DNA of 64,000 nucleotides, taken from positions 71,548,001-71,612,000 of the forward strand of contig CM060732.1 in assembly GCA_030704615.1 (NCBI GenBank), read 5' to 3'. The stretch is from Takakia lepidozioides (lineage: Eukaryota > Plantae > Bryophyta). Below are positions 1-13,288 of this stretch, piece by piece. A program made the position numbers and the translations under genes. Within the stretch, counting starts at the first letter, position 1; each line of letters opens with the position of its first letter. The notes under the pieces were generated by a model. That model saw only the letters and a list, made by a program, of their open reading frames with translations, searched no databases and had not been told where the DNA came from.

Positions 1-3000
1 CATATGCAAGCACAAGTAGGTTGAGAAAAAAGAGGAGAAAAGAAAGTAGGGAGTGTGGAGGTAGGGAGAGTCCATTCAAGCATTCATGGCTGCTTTATGG
101 GCGGGACAATGATTCAGTCATTCAGGCCCTACACTCAGGCACCAGTCCTGTTGGACAGGTCCCATCGGACGGCAAGCCAACAAAGATTACCGTACGCTAT
201 CAGAGATTTCAATTTTTTCGAATTCGGCACTTCCGCGTATATAGTATTTCTGAAATTTGGATATTGCTACGGCTGCTCCGTCTCCTCCTCCTCGCATCTG
301 GCTTTGCTCTCGCAATAATCTTTTTACTGTACATACCCAAGATCACGGAAAGGATTAATGGGTGTAGCTTTCAGCAGAGACCCTTGTTATTGATGCTTTA
401 CATCCTTGCAGCGAGATCCTTGCGACTGCCAGGACCCTTAATTAACAAGAAGGCACAGGCACGTCATCTCAGATTCAATTCATTTCCTATTTTGTCTACA
501 ACCTTATGAATTTGGATAGGAGAGTAGCTGCGGAGACTCTTAGCAACCTTGGAATTTATGCATTGCAGTTTGCAAACGTTTTAGTTGTACGACGTTAGCA
601 GCATTGGCTAGTTAATTTGCTCGGTGGAATGTCGAAACAGACTTCAGATGACATTACAGCTTGCAGGCTTTTCTGACTCCATGCGTTCGACAGCCTGGTC
701 ATGTCAAGCCTGCAATTTCTGAACCCGGACTGTAATCCAGGTTTGGTTTTCTTTGGCAAGCTTTTGCTTCAAACTGCCATTCAAACCTCCAGAGCAGGAT
801 CATCAAATCGTTCTGTAGAGGTGCCATCCCAAGCTTGCATCCGCAGGTGAAAGTGATTTGGAAATTAAGCGATGCTGGAATGACATCAGAGTTTTGGTAG
901 AAGATTAAAATTCTTTCAATGCGAAGCGTTTAGCCTCTCGCTATGGTAGAAGTCCTCTTCTTCTCCTGTGGGCGATTAAGGATTCACGGTTCCGGTGTAA
1001 AGACAGGATTCCACCTTTGCATACCTCTCTGGATTTGAACGAGGGCGGGTACATATAATCCATAACATATAAGTAGGTATGAACATAAATCTGATCCAAT
1101 AATCTTCGTAGGTCTTGCTGGTTAGGACCACCACCTCCTCAAGCGAGGGGCAAACAGATGCAGACTCGGGCATCCGGCAGGCCCTGTTCCTAAACTCTGT
1201 TTCGGAATCCCCGAAAACAATTCATACTAAATTCGGCTAAGTCTATAAAGTTTCCCAGATCCGTCTTCTCGTACACTGAATAACATGAAACTCAGCTTTC
1301 GTTTACACAAATGCTAATTCATCCATCGAAGGTTCAGCGTCAAACTTTTTCGGGATCCATCTACGTGGCTTTGACCAAACAACGTGTGTTCAGCAACGTG
1401 ATTTCGGCCGAGCTCCATGCTGCCCTACATATCCAACATGCCATGCAAGCATGTTCTACATTCGCACTGTGCACCGGACCCCACTAGTTATCGTGCGATG
1501 ACCCACAAAACCGACAGTGCTACACAATCCTAGCGACTTAATCCTAAACAACATGATGGGCTAGTTTAGTTAGTTGATATCCACTTGCTTTCTCCGCACT
1601 CTAGCAGACAGCTACATCATAGTCGCGCCGTTATAGCAACAGTCCAGCCTCCGAGGGAATTTCTCGGCCTACGCAGCGTGATGCACAAACCTGCCCTGTC
1701 GTGGGCCCAACGCATAATCTCGTTGAATTTCTCTTCTCGCTCGTGAGTTCTAGAAGTTCTCGCACTCAACCAATTCTTTTCCTCTTTTCTTTGAAACCAA
1801 ATCGATCATAATTCAGTTGTCAGTCGTCCCTTGTTTTGGATGAATGTCGTGGAATTAAATTGGCAAGCAGTGCATCAAGGCTCCATAAATGGCAACAGTG
1901 AAGATGAAACTCGAATAGTAGAAAGTGAGGCCAAACTTACGCAGGCTGCTCATAACTAATCTGTCCACGCTTTTGGGAGGCCTGCCAGACAGCCATCAAT
2001 GCTGCTGCACAGCCCCACCCAGCCTAGCAACCAGGAACCAGTCCTCCTTGACTTTTCTATTTATCCAGATTTTTCAAAATAACTTAGTGTTTTTTTATGA
2101 ATTACCTCAATTAAGGTAGTTCCTCTCTTTGCTAGTCCTGATGGTAGTAAGAGAAATAGGTATAGGATACGGAGTACGTCGATGGATATTTACTAGTGAA
2201 GAGTGAGTTACTAGTTACTAGCTACTGGCACGATCAGCCGACCCTCTTCCCCCTCGCCTCCCCCTTCTTTCTCTTCCTGGCGACCACGCTCGTTCTCCCT
2301 CATTTCTCTTCTCCGTTGCGAGTGCCATATCAGGGCTTACAAGTGTGCTCGATCTCGTCCTGTTGTATCAATTTTTCCTTCTCAGAGTATTAAGGCATAG
2401 TTTGTCATTTCTTCGTTCTCAATCTGTGCTTGTTTGTGTCAAATTCGTTCGGAGACCTTCTTTTGTGCTGCGAAGGTAAAATTTCATGCCTGTTTATACG
2501 TGTGATATCTTTATCAATATTCGTCTTTTCGTCGCTCTCTTTACTCCCTTCGTTTCCCCTGTTTTGTTCATTTTTCTGTCCTCCTGTTTCTCTGGCGCGG
2601 CTGGCCATGTCTCTCTCGCTTCTTCCTTTTTTGTTTCCACTCTGTGATGGCTTGTCCAGTAAAGGGAAGCCTTTCGTAGTCTTCTTGCATTTTTTTTACG
2701 GGTACGGTGTTTGTTATGCTCTACAACTTTTAGTCTGTATCCCTCTCTTTGGTCTTGTTGCATTTTTATAGTGCGGTATGCCCGTGGTGTATAATCCCCT
2801 GGCAGGCCTCGGATGTTCGGGTTCCTTTTATGACCTTCACATCCTTGTCTTTCTATCCGCTTGCGGTTCAATATTGCGGTTCAATGTTGAGTTTTTTCTG
2901 AGTTCGCTATTTTTCTGTGTTTTGGTCATATCTTCTTCGTTCTTGCAATTGTACTCTCGTCTTCTGGTGTGACTCTGTTGTATTTCTGGACGTTTCTTCG

Positions 3001-3905
3001 TTCTTAGGGGAAGTCATGGACCAGTTGCAATCCTTTTTTAACATTCCTCGGTATGTAGGTGTGACGTTGAGATTTGTCTAATTTCTTGAAGGCTTTTCAA
3101 AGTTTTCATCTGATCCTTGCCCTCCCGGTGTCACTTTCTACCTTCCTTCTGTGTCAATTCTCCTATCAATTGACCTGCTTCATGGAGGTGGTCTTTTCCA
3201 AGACTGACACTATTCGGTGTGGATTGATGTTACAGATTGCTGCTGTAAAGAGGTGCTTGCTTCATCTAAATTTGAATCACAGCTCGTCAAAACTTCTCAG
3301 TTGGTAGCCTCTCGTATGTGAAACGTTCTCACTTGGAAGTTTGGATCACGTTTTGAGGAGGGAATACTTTGCAGTTTCGTTCCTTGGTGGAAGGATCATA
3401 TGTCGGTATATGCAATTAGCTCATTGGTACTCTGAAGATGTTCTGGAGTGCGGGGGTCTGATTGGATATGAAACGACCTTTCAAAGTCTCCTTCAGAGAA
3501 CCTATTCTCTGGAAGCTGGCGGGGCGGAACTTCGAGAAAGAGGGACTTCTGGATTTCCTTAGGATAGGGAGGTAGAGCGCCTTATCTGAAAAGGGGTTAT
3601 AAACTTTTTAAAGACTACGTGTGTGTGTGGGGAGACCACGATCCAGAGGTTTATGATCACCAGTCTGAACTATTTCGGTGATGTTTGGTTCACCTTTGGA
3701 TCCAGTGAATATAGCGAGGTGGTAGCTTGATCTTGCACTCTTCCCTGAGATAAGGCCTCTGCACCAGGTTATAGATCTTCAGCATATTAGCAGGTTTGCG
3801 TCGTGGTTGATTGTTCTTGAAAAGAAACGATCTTGTTGGTCATATGATGCACGGCAAAATTCACGACTGTATGAGGGTCTAAATGAATATAACAGCAGCT
3901 GAAGC

Positions 3906-6900
3906 TTGGGAGCTCTCAGCCTTTGCCCCTTCCACGCTCCACCGTCGCAGCTGGTGTTTCCAGGTTTTCTTCAGCAAGTTTCTGGCACTGCTCACCCTCC
4001 CTATCTCTCTCAACTGTCTCATTGGTCTATCAACTCAGCACCGCTGGCGAGCTCATACTCTCTTTGGCAGTTTGGGGAAGGAGTTGAGGGCTGGGCTGGG
4101 GGAACTGGGGACCAAAACTGGGCAACCACCCCCACTGCCTCCTCCCTATCTTACTACGATCATCATCAACAAGGGATTTTGGAGAGGCGGCCAGGCCAGC
4201 AGGCAGATTCGAAATCAGCACCGGGGGTTGATTTTAAACGAAGTGTTGGGGAGGGTCGTCTGGCTCCAAAGCAAGCAGTTGGAGCAGAGCGTAAGCAACC
4301 TTCTGGGGAGCTGAAGACAGCCACAACTCCAATGACAGGAGTGTTCAATGGGAACACACCATTCCAACTCACCAGCAGCCATGATAAGCGGTTCAAGTCA
4401 CTTCCCCCGGCAGAGATGCTCCCCAGACACGAGACGTTGGGAGGCTACATATTTGTATGCAACAACGACACCATGCAGGAAGATCTGAAGCGCCAGCTTT
4501 TCGGTATGTGCTTTCACTTCTAACAAGTTTCTGCGGTGGTTGTGCTCAGGATTGGGAAAAGAGGTAACATTTGAAAGGGGCTTAAGAAGGGCAGGGGATG
4601 ACCCGCAACACAATGTGTGATGAAGAGGGATAAATGATGTGTGTGTGGTTGAGTGAAGGGTGCAATGTGCTGACTCCTGAATGAGCTGAGGAAGTGTGGA
4701 AAGCTGGCTGTAATGACTGGAATGTAGAAGAATGATGCTGTTTGAGCTGTGATTTGTTTTTCCTTCCATGCTTTGGAATTGTGTTTTTTTAAGCATGCGG
4801 ATGCTGAGTGACACCTTGACAGGAGACTCATCTGTGATCTGTTCAAGAATGTGGTTAGAGCTGCTCTTTATACATGAGAGCTAGCAGATCTTGCTAGCAC
4901 ATTAGTCTGGTTGTACAGATCAGAGGCTTTCTAGTGGATGGACTTGTATAGTGGACATATCATGATGTAGAAATCTTTTAGACCCTTCAGCTCACTTCCC
5001 TCAGAAATAGTGTAGACAGCTTCCTTATCACAAGGTGATGGGACCTGAGGAGCTGTCTTTCAAAATCTTGTGTACAGTGCAAGCAATGTTGTGAAGTTGG
5101 GAAAGCTTCTCTTCCTCCAAGGGTTGCACAGCACGCAAACCGTAAACCTGCTATTTGCAATTTGCAATTTGTGGTTATGTGTTGAGCCAAACACAGTTCA
5201 GCACAGGTTGGATTTGTATTGCACCCTGCCGCATTTGCTATTTTTCTTGAAGTTTAGTAAAAGATTTGATAGATTAGTTCATGAAAGACCATTGAAACAT
5301 GCTGCAACTACTATTTTCTGATTTTATCGAGAGCCATTTCTACATTTTTTCTTAACACATGCCAATCTGAGATATGTGGTTGTACATGCTGCTTCAGTAG
5401 TCAACACTAAGGAAGTCTTTTGTCTAATTGAGTTAAAGCTCTGCCACTTCAGCAGTTTTGGGGAAGGGAAACTATTTTTCACCTCTTTGATGTATGGCTC
5501 AGGATTCCATATTGCCTGCAGGCTATGAATGAATGGAATGCCTTGCTTTTATGTTTGCATAGTTGATCATCCTTTGCAGAAAATGAGGGAAATAGGAGGA
5601 AATGACAGTCAAGACCCAGAATACATGGCATACAAACTTGAATTCTATTGGTTGATTAATGTCATAACAAGAGTATCAATCCTTCTTGACTTGCCTGTGC
5701 ATGTCAGAACTTGAGTTTTACAGTACAACCCCAGCATTATGCATGTGGAGTTGATGTTTCTTTGCTCCTGGTGAGTGCAGGTTTACCACAGAGGTATCGG
5801 GATTCTGTCCGTGCAATTCAGCCGGGCCTTCCTCTCTTTCTGTACAACTATACTACCCACCAGCTTCATGGCATTTTTGAGGTAGGCAGAGGCTGCAACT
5901 GCTTAACCCCATTGTAGCTCTTGCTCATGTCTCACATGTCACAGGGCTGATTGAACGCTTGGACCAGGGAGTTTCCTTACACTTGTGGTCCGTTGGATGG
6001 ACATACAAACCATTTGTTTTTCACTTGGCTGGAGTCGGTGGAAAGTTAAATTTCACCTAGGGCTGATAGATTGAGAATCCTTTCAAGCATTGTTTTGTAT
6101 AGTCCTTCAATCCCTGTGAGTATCGAGGATATGTAGTGAGATAGACAGGATGCTAGCACGGAGGCTAGCTAAAAGCACAGCCTTATGGAATGTTTTTAAT
6201 CAGACGAGGGCATTCATTCATTCTTCATCACTGCAAATTGCAAAATACAAAATAGATAAACCTCAGGTCCAATGTGTTAACGTGGTTGCAGGCTTCGAGT
6301 TTTGGTGGTTCTAACATAGATCCAACAGCTTGGGAAGACAAAAAATGTCGTGGTGAATCAAGATTCCCAGCACAGGTTTTTCTCATTTCCTGCGTTGCTG
6401 ATGCCCATGCCCTTTTGCGGAGGGTTGTGTCGTAATATATACTGTGGCTCATCTGAGGGTCCTGAACAAAAGCAGACCTTTCAAAGCTTATTATAGAGGT
6501 CTGACAGCAAATGTCATGAGTTGCATTATATATCATGTCCAAGCCAAGCACTCTACTTTATACTCCTTAGAGGGTGTGCCAGAATGAGGATGAGAATGAG
6601 AGGCTGCTTTGAACGACTGGCTTCTAGCAAACAGTGTGCAGTATGTTAGTTCTATATTAGACTTTAAGGTGTAATTATCAGTTCAGAAGTGTTGAGTGAG
6701 TCTGTTGGTGATGGTGCCTGCGAATTCTAAGCCATCTGCTTCATTTGTTAGTAAGATTGCTTGTTTGCATTGTGGTGGGCAGGTACGAATCCGTATACGT
6801 AAACAGTGCAAGCCTTTGGAGGAGGACTCGTTCAGGCCTGTGCTGCATCACTATGATGGGCCCAAGTTCCGTCTCCAGCTGTCTGTCCCAGAGGTATCTT

Positions 6901-7319
6901 CTTACTTTCTATGTTGTAGGTGCTTGGCTGTCTTTGCTCTATTTTGTTTGACAAGCTCCTCGGCTTCATGTGGATGTTGGTAAAGTCCCTTGGTAAAGTC
7001 CCTTTTTCCTTCTTTTTTTGTCTCTCCCTTCTGGGTGGGCTCAATCCCAGAGCCATCTCACAGAGGGTGTGCTGCTGCCACTGCTGGCAGGGAATGGTCA
7101 ATTGTAGCCATCTGGGTGTGCATGTAATGAATTATCTCTCTTGGTTGGGATAGAACTATGCAGTTTGATTAGGGTTTAGGGAAACTTAATTTGCCGAGGT
7201 TTGCCAGAAATTTGCATGTTATTTTGTGAAAATTGGTACTGAGGCCTACGGCTGATTCGTTTGTGTCCATACAGACACTGGAGCTGTTGGATCTTTTCGC
7301 AGAGAATGGTCCTCCCTAA
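3906..7319 (+). CDS. DCD (development and cell death) domain protein, NRP/B2-like. Exons about 3906(or 4332)-4503, 5781-5881, 6292-6375, 6783-6893, 7275-7319
   Basis: Spliced translation is continuous across four GT-AG introns: KRFKSLPPAEMLPRHETLGGYIFVCNNDTMQEDLKRQLFG|LPQRYRDSVRAIQPGLPLFLYNYTTHQLHGIFE|ASSFGGSNIDPTAWEDKKCRGESRFPAQ|VRIRIRKQCKPLEEDSFRPVLHHYDGPKFRLQLSVPE|TLELLDLFAENGPP*. The start codon is uncertain (first in-frame ATG is 4332). A CT-rich leader from ~2240 suggests a long, probably intron-containing 5'UTR. Confidence 0.93.
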
Positions 7320-8862
7320 AGATAATGGCTTTAACTTTGTTGTCGGTGCTTGCCGCCGGGGGCATTACTGCTGGAGGTGTGTTTCCTTCTGGGAGTTTCA
7401 CTTTGTAGGAACTGAAGGTTTTCATACAGTTTATTTATAAATGGGTAGGACGGAAAGAAAGTACAAGGGCGCACTTTAACCAGCCTTTTTAGAGAAGCTA
7501 TGACAAGGTGAAGGAAGTTACCAAGAGGAAGGGGTGGACTGAATAGAAAGAGAGTCAGTCCTATGGCCCTTTATGGCCCTTGCTCTCCCAAGGTTGCCTC
7601 ACATCCTCTCTTTGGTTGTAGAACAGACCATTAGCTAAGAGGGGTCCTGCTGCTAAATTTCTGCAGATCTCCATTTTGATCAGGTAAGCTTCTTATTCAA
7701 GACAAGAAAAGTCTATCTGTTTTGTATAAAATCCCATCTAAAAGGGAGGAGAATAGTACTGGCAGACTCCACAAGTTGTAGTTTTGATGAATAGTGTCTG
7801 CTGGAGCATTTATGGAAACTACCCACCATTTTAGAGGTAGAGACAGATTGAAACCGATTGGCTTGTTGCTGATACCATCCTGTGCATCCCTCAAAGCAGA
7901 GGGGGTGTGCACCACCATTGACAAAAGTGTCATGTTCATAATAAAAATAATGTTGAATGATCCACTTGTTTGGTGCCATATTGCCCATATGCTTGTAGAT
8001 TGCATTACTGAGTAAATTCGCTTCTTTATTGAAATCCCAGCACCCTCTTTTCAACAGACGTTCGGCTTTGTTGGTAAAAAGGGGGGGTGGGGGGGTTTAT
8101 CGATTGTTTGTACAGGCTAACCTTCAGTCCAAGTATAGTTTCTATATACTCACATATAAGTCCTTATAGTTTATACACTCAGTTGCTTGTCTTTTTCGTG
8201 TGTGTGACTAATAAGTATTCATCTGTCTCTCTGTTGTTCTTTCCAAGGTTTGTCATCTGGTTCTTGTTATTGCAATTATTAGACTTCCTCCATTCTGTGC
8301 GTACTTAGTTCTTTACTCGCTGCGTTAGTTATTGTCTTCGTGCAGACTTTAGTGTACAGTTGTGAGCAGCTTTAACATGCTATCATGTTGACATACATGA
8401 TAGCAGTTGTGCATTGAAGAGATTGACGACATTACATATTCATCTGTCATGGACACTGTTCTGTGTCTACTGTTCGTCGTCTTAAATGCAACTTCGCCTA
8501 AAAATAGTACTATTGTTGCTACTTTCTGCAAGTATTACAAGTACTGCCATTTTGCTTATGCAAAACTCACTAGACTAAATATTATTATACAAAGATACAA
8601 AGAATAGCCTCAATGTTAAAATTGAATTGTTTTGCCATCAATATTTTTCCCTTCAATAATTGTCAATTGAGAAGGATCCTCGATCGTTAGGTAAATGGAA
8701 TTTTAGTACTTTGTCCGAAACCCTAGCTACGAATCCGCTCAGTGGCGTGATGCTGCGGTGTAGTAGAACACTCCCACCTCCAGAGTCCCTCTCTGTTGTG
8801 AACATCGTCTACTACGTGGGGAATTTTCTCACTTCCTCCATCACGAGTCTCTCTTTACTTTC

Positions 8863-10116
8863 TCACTCTACTGCCACTTCGATGGGAGTTGTCTTTGGGT
8901 TCTGCTTGACTTTGGGCATCACCACATTTAGCACGCCATGTTTTATCTCCGCTTTGATTTGATCCACCAGGACGTGATCGGGGAGAGTCATTCGAGTGTT
9001 GTAACTCCCATAACTCCGGCGGCGAACCCATTTCTCATTATCGCTCTTGTCGGCGGTATGCTCGCCGCTGATGACTAGGGTTCCATCGTCCACAGTTACT
9101 TTCACCTGCACAAATTTCATATCGATATTCAAACAGAGTTGATGTCGCGTCCATGGCAAAGATTGCCATCGTGTGCAACTGTTGGATTGCTAACTAGTTC
9201 GCAGAAGTGATACAAGATGCAGAACCGATCAAGAATGCGTTCTGTCAGAGTGCCATTAGTCATTTGACCTTCCCTTGGACATTGTACTCCACCATCTAAA
9301 TGTTAAATAATTACCTTCCATGTATAAGTACACGAATTCTATCTGTGCACTATTTTTCAGCAGCTGACGAGATGTATAGCTTTCCCAGAGTTATACCTCC
9401 TCCTTGGTAAGGCCCGGCATGTCCACCCTCAGTCTGAAGGCTTCTTCATCCTCCACGACGTCCCAAGGCGTGCGCCAAGCCGAAGGTGTGGTCTTCTGTG
9501 TGGCGCGTGATGGAGTGGAATAGAAAGAATCGTCAAAGAAACGGTCGACCGCGTTCATCATCTGCGGAAGACTCCTCGAGGAAAAGAAAGGATCCCACAG
9601 ATCTAACAGCCAAGTCACATTGTTCCCGGAAAGAAAAAGGTCAGTTGTGTCCATGTCAAATATTGCAAGCATTTCTTTGTCAACAGACATAGTGAGCATG
9701 TAACGTCCATAGAAAGGAAAGCAGTAGAACAGAATTCGCTTTATGTTCTCGTTTAAGCCCTCCAGTCTACAAAGAATTAGTTCCTACTCTTTCAAGAAAA
9801 ACGAAGTGAAATTCACAAACATACCAAGAAAGCTCCTCATCGGTTCGCCCTCAGGTCTAGCTCTTCCAAACCTTCCCCTTGAGCGATTCACGGGCACATC
9901 GGATTTACTCTGATCAATGCTACTGTCTGAGTCTTCAGGAACAGTCTCCCGCGCAGCAGAGGTCGCCAATGGACGCTGGAACTCCTTCGGACGAAGAGCG
10001 CTAAAATACTTTCCATTTCCTGTAAAATTCTCTTTCAGGCTGACGAGGGAGGCCTTCCGAGATGAAAGCTTAGCTGCGGCAGTGCGAGTGGCCATCACAG
10101 AGGAAACTGCGAGCAT
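8863..10116 (-). CDS. Organelle-targeted small heat shock protein (HSP20/alpha-crystallin, HSP21/HSP23-like). Exons 10116-9825, 9602-9397, 9105-8863
   Basis: Ser/Ala/Arg-rich transit-peptide-like N-terminus, then DLWDPFFSSRSLPQMMNAVDRFFDD (organellar sHSP consensus region), then RTPWDVVEDEEAFRLRVDMPGLTKEE|VKVTVDDGTLVISGE...YGSYNTRMTLPD...IKAEIKHGVLNVVMPK. GT-AG junctions are phase-consistent. Confidence 0.93.
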
Positions 10117-10787
10117 CAAAGCAGGAGTTCACTATGTCAGTTCCTCTCCTTCTGGCGGCAAGGTCACAAGGCAATGCGAGAAGACAACTAGAGAGTGTGA
10201 AAGATTGTGAGAAGCAAGTACCCCCAGTCAGAGGAAGTGCCAGACAAGATTCTTTCATCGTCAGAATAAAATCCACCGCAACGTCAGAGCAGTCTAACAA
10301 GAAACATATTGCATGTAAAAGCCAGAGAAGCAATGACTCTATCAGGGAACAGAGATGAGTAAATTTCTTAAACCCAAAACCCTTGTGGGGTAACCCAGAC
10401 TGCTTCTACAAGGCTGCTGGACGGCCTTGCACAAACTCTCAAATAGAACCGAGGTACCGGTCACACTCAAGCAAGCCTTATACTTCAACCAAACATGGTG
10501 AATGCCAGGGAAAGCACAGAGAGGGACGAGAATATCTTCCCACATGTCACAACTACCAAAGAGAGAGAAAAGGCTGGAATTAACTACTAGAAAATAACCC
10601 GGAGAAACTGCGAAACCAAGAGCGCTCACCTCAAGTATCAGCGGGGACGAAAGATGACACCAAGAGGATAATTTTGAAAACGTAGCAGCAGGTGAGACAG
10701 CGGCACTTCAAATGCGAGATGGAGCGTAGAGCTGAACGGTGAAGACATCGCAGTAGCACAGTCTGTTTTAAGACGAGCAGATGCTGT

Positions 10788-10825
10788 GGAAGCTTCCAGA
10801 GCGCTCTACAGCGGAGCTTCTAGAC
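10788..10825. promoter_or_regulatory. Heat-shock element cluster upstream of the sHSP gene
   Basis: gGAAgcTTCcaGAg at 10788-10801 and a second cTTCtaGAc near 10817-10825 give alternating nGAAn/nTTCn units 5' of an HSP gene. Confidence 0.65.
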
Positions 10826-11853
10826 TCTACTAGTTGTTGTGCACGACGAGGGAGACGACCACCCTTCCTTTTCTTAAACCCCCTTTAACATTTGGCACCT
10901 GTTACGTGTCACCACATATGTTGTGTGTATTGAATTAGAGTTTATGAGACGTCGATTACCTCATATCTAACGACCCAGATATGTGCTGACGGTCCAGATG
11001 AAGATACGTCACGCGGCATATTTCTATTGGCCCTTTCCTGTACATTTATGATATGCAAATTACAATGAGGCTTATTTTTTCAACTCTTTTTTGTCGGGAA
11101 AGGGGAAAAGACCCCACTGAAATGCAGGAAACTGAATGATCTTACTAGTAAGTTATGATACTCATTATTCTAATTTTTCCCTTCAATAATTTCAATAAAA
11201 TTAGCAGGGCCACTGTCCCCTGTTCAGGTAATATATATATAGGCAAGTGATATATGAGGCCCGGGAGTTGAATGCTCCCTCAGCGGGCCTGCCTGCGTGG
11301 CCCCACCCCAACCCTCCGTCCTCCCCCCCCCCCCAAAGCCGCGGCCCGTGGTCGCCGCGCTAGGCGACCCCCTCCCGCTCCACCCGCCGCCGCCGCCCCC
11401 GCGCCGGGTCCACGGCTCGCGAAAGTACTGTCAGACATTGAACTCCGTGCGACTGTATTTCACGCATCATCATGCATGCCCCCATGAATGCATGTGCATT
11501 AATCGCATCATGACTTTGTTATCATACAGTCGTGTATGTGTTCACATGCCTCCTCATACAGTCATATTGGAAACCTGCCATTTGAAATTTGAACCAGCCC
11601 TAGAGCATAGAGACACATCTTGGAGACCATGAACATTCAAATTCAAAATTTGAAAGAGCATTGGTTGTACCTGCAATACGAATGGACGTCATTTAGCGGA
11701 TGTTTGTTTTCATCCAGATGATTGACCACCTGTCCCCAGCGTCTTCGTCCCCTCATTCTCTGTCTCCGAAATTGGGGACTCGCCAGTGTGTCACGATTTT
11801 TCACACAGTGCGTTGTGCTTCCTGTGTGTGCTTCGACTTGCTTCCCGAGAGAC

Positions 11854-13229
11854 ATGTCTGGAAATGAGAGAACTGAAGAGTTTCTCCCTCCTGCTGTAAC
11901 CCATGTTAAGCTTATGTCCATTCTTCGAAGCCAGGTGCAGTCTCCGGCCCCAAGTGCTTATGATCACACAGTGTTACAATGGCGTCACCAATGGCATGGA
12001 ATCCCTGACGGAAAGGACAATGTTGAAGTGGCCTACATTCCATGGAGTCGTGTCAATGATTTCATCACTGGGGAGTCATCCCGTGCCGATGGACCGTGCA
12101 CTTTCCACAAACATCGCCAAAGAGGTTGTGCACATGGATCCCTCCTTGCTCCACGCACCAACAGCGCCATTAGTATTACAAGGTACAACATCAAAGGAAA
12201 CAGTTAAAGGACTGATTTGGGGGAAACACTTTTGAGTGGACTGTGAAGGGTATTGCTATTGTGGTGTTGACGATGTTGTTGAAGGAGGTGAAGCACAACC
12301 TAGAGAAAAACGTATACAATCATGTTTATCACCTTGTTCACATTTCCCTTACACGATTCAGGGTTGGCTGCACGTCCCTTTCACAAACCTGCATCTCACA
12401 ACCTGGTATTCGAATGCAAGCATGCATTTCTGCCCTTACAAATTTGCTGGAAGTATTGTTTCCTCACACTGTTTCTAGTAACAGTCATGTGTAGGGTCCA
12501 ACGAGTGTTTTTGGCAACAATTTCCTCACTCAGTGCATTCATGGATGGCTGCACGACCCAGTGATAAATCTACATCTAAGAACATGGGGTTCTCATACAA
12601 CTATACATCAATTTTTATTGTACTTTGATACGAGTACTGTTTTCCTCAAGTGTTTAGGGTAACAGTCATGTTTACGTTTGAAGCATTGTTTGGAGTTGGT
12701 TGTTTCTTGTGTCTATATACGGTACCACTAACCGAGTTCCATGGCGCCCCCTTCTTCCACGAGGTTCATGCGGTCCCCCTTGAATTATATCAATAATGCA
12801 ATGTGTTTTATGTTGTAGGTACCACAGGTCATTCGGGCCAAAGGATAAAACATGTATCGTCTTGGAGGTTACATCCGCCATGGCAGCCAAGAAGTGGAAA
12901 CCACGTCCTCCGAAGAAAAAGGGGAGAAAGGCAAGAGTGGTCACATCCGCCAAGGAGCAAAAACCAAAAGTGTCCAGGACGTCCAAAACAAAATGTAGTG
13001 AAGGCAGGGCAGTTGCAGGGGTGAGTGGACCAAAAACGGCAGATCCTGCTCTATGAAAGTCCAGGACCAAAAACCAATTTTGATGATACTATCCCAAAAT
13101 ATTTTTTTAGTGATAGATAATGGTATACTGAACATATTTAGTAAAGAGTCCTATCCCAAATATTAAAGATATAATTCATTAAATATTTTAGTCTATTATT
13201 TAGAGAAATTATGAAAAACTAAAAATTAG

Positions 13230-13288
<59 letters not shown>

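Noticed and set aside
21-1173. Short ORFs at the window start
   Set aside because: No recognisable motif or splice-consistent model; possibly UTR or intron of a gene outside the window.
1745-1762. HSE-like TTCTAGAAGTTCT
   Set aside because: Only two correctly phased units and no clear heat-shock gene target.
2196-3562. Hydrophobic short ORFs
   Set aside because: T/C-rich composition typical of the DCD gene 5'UTR and intron.
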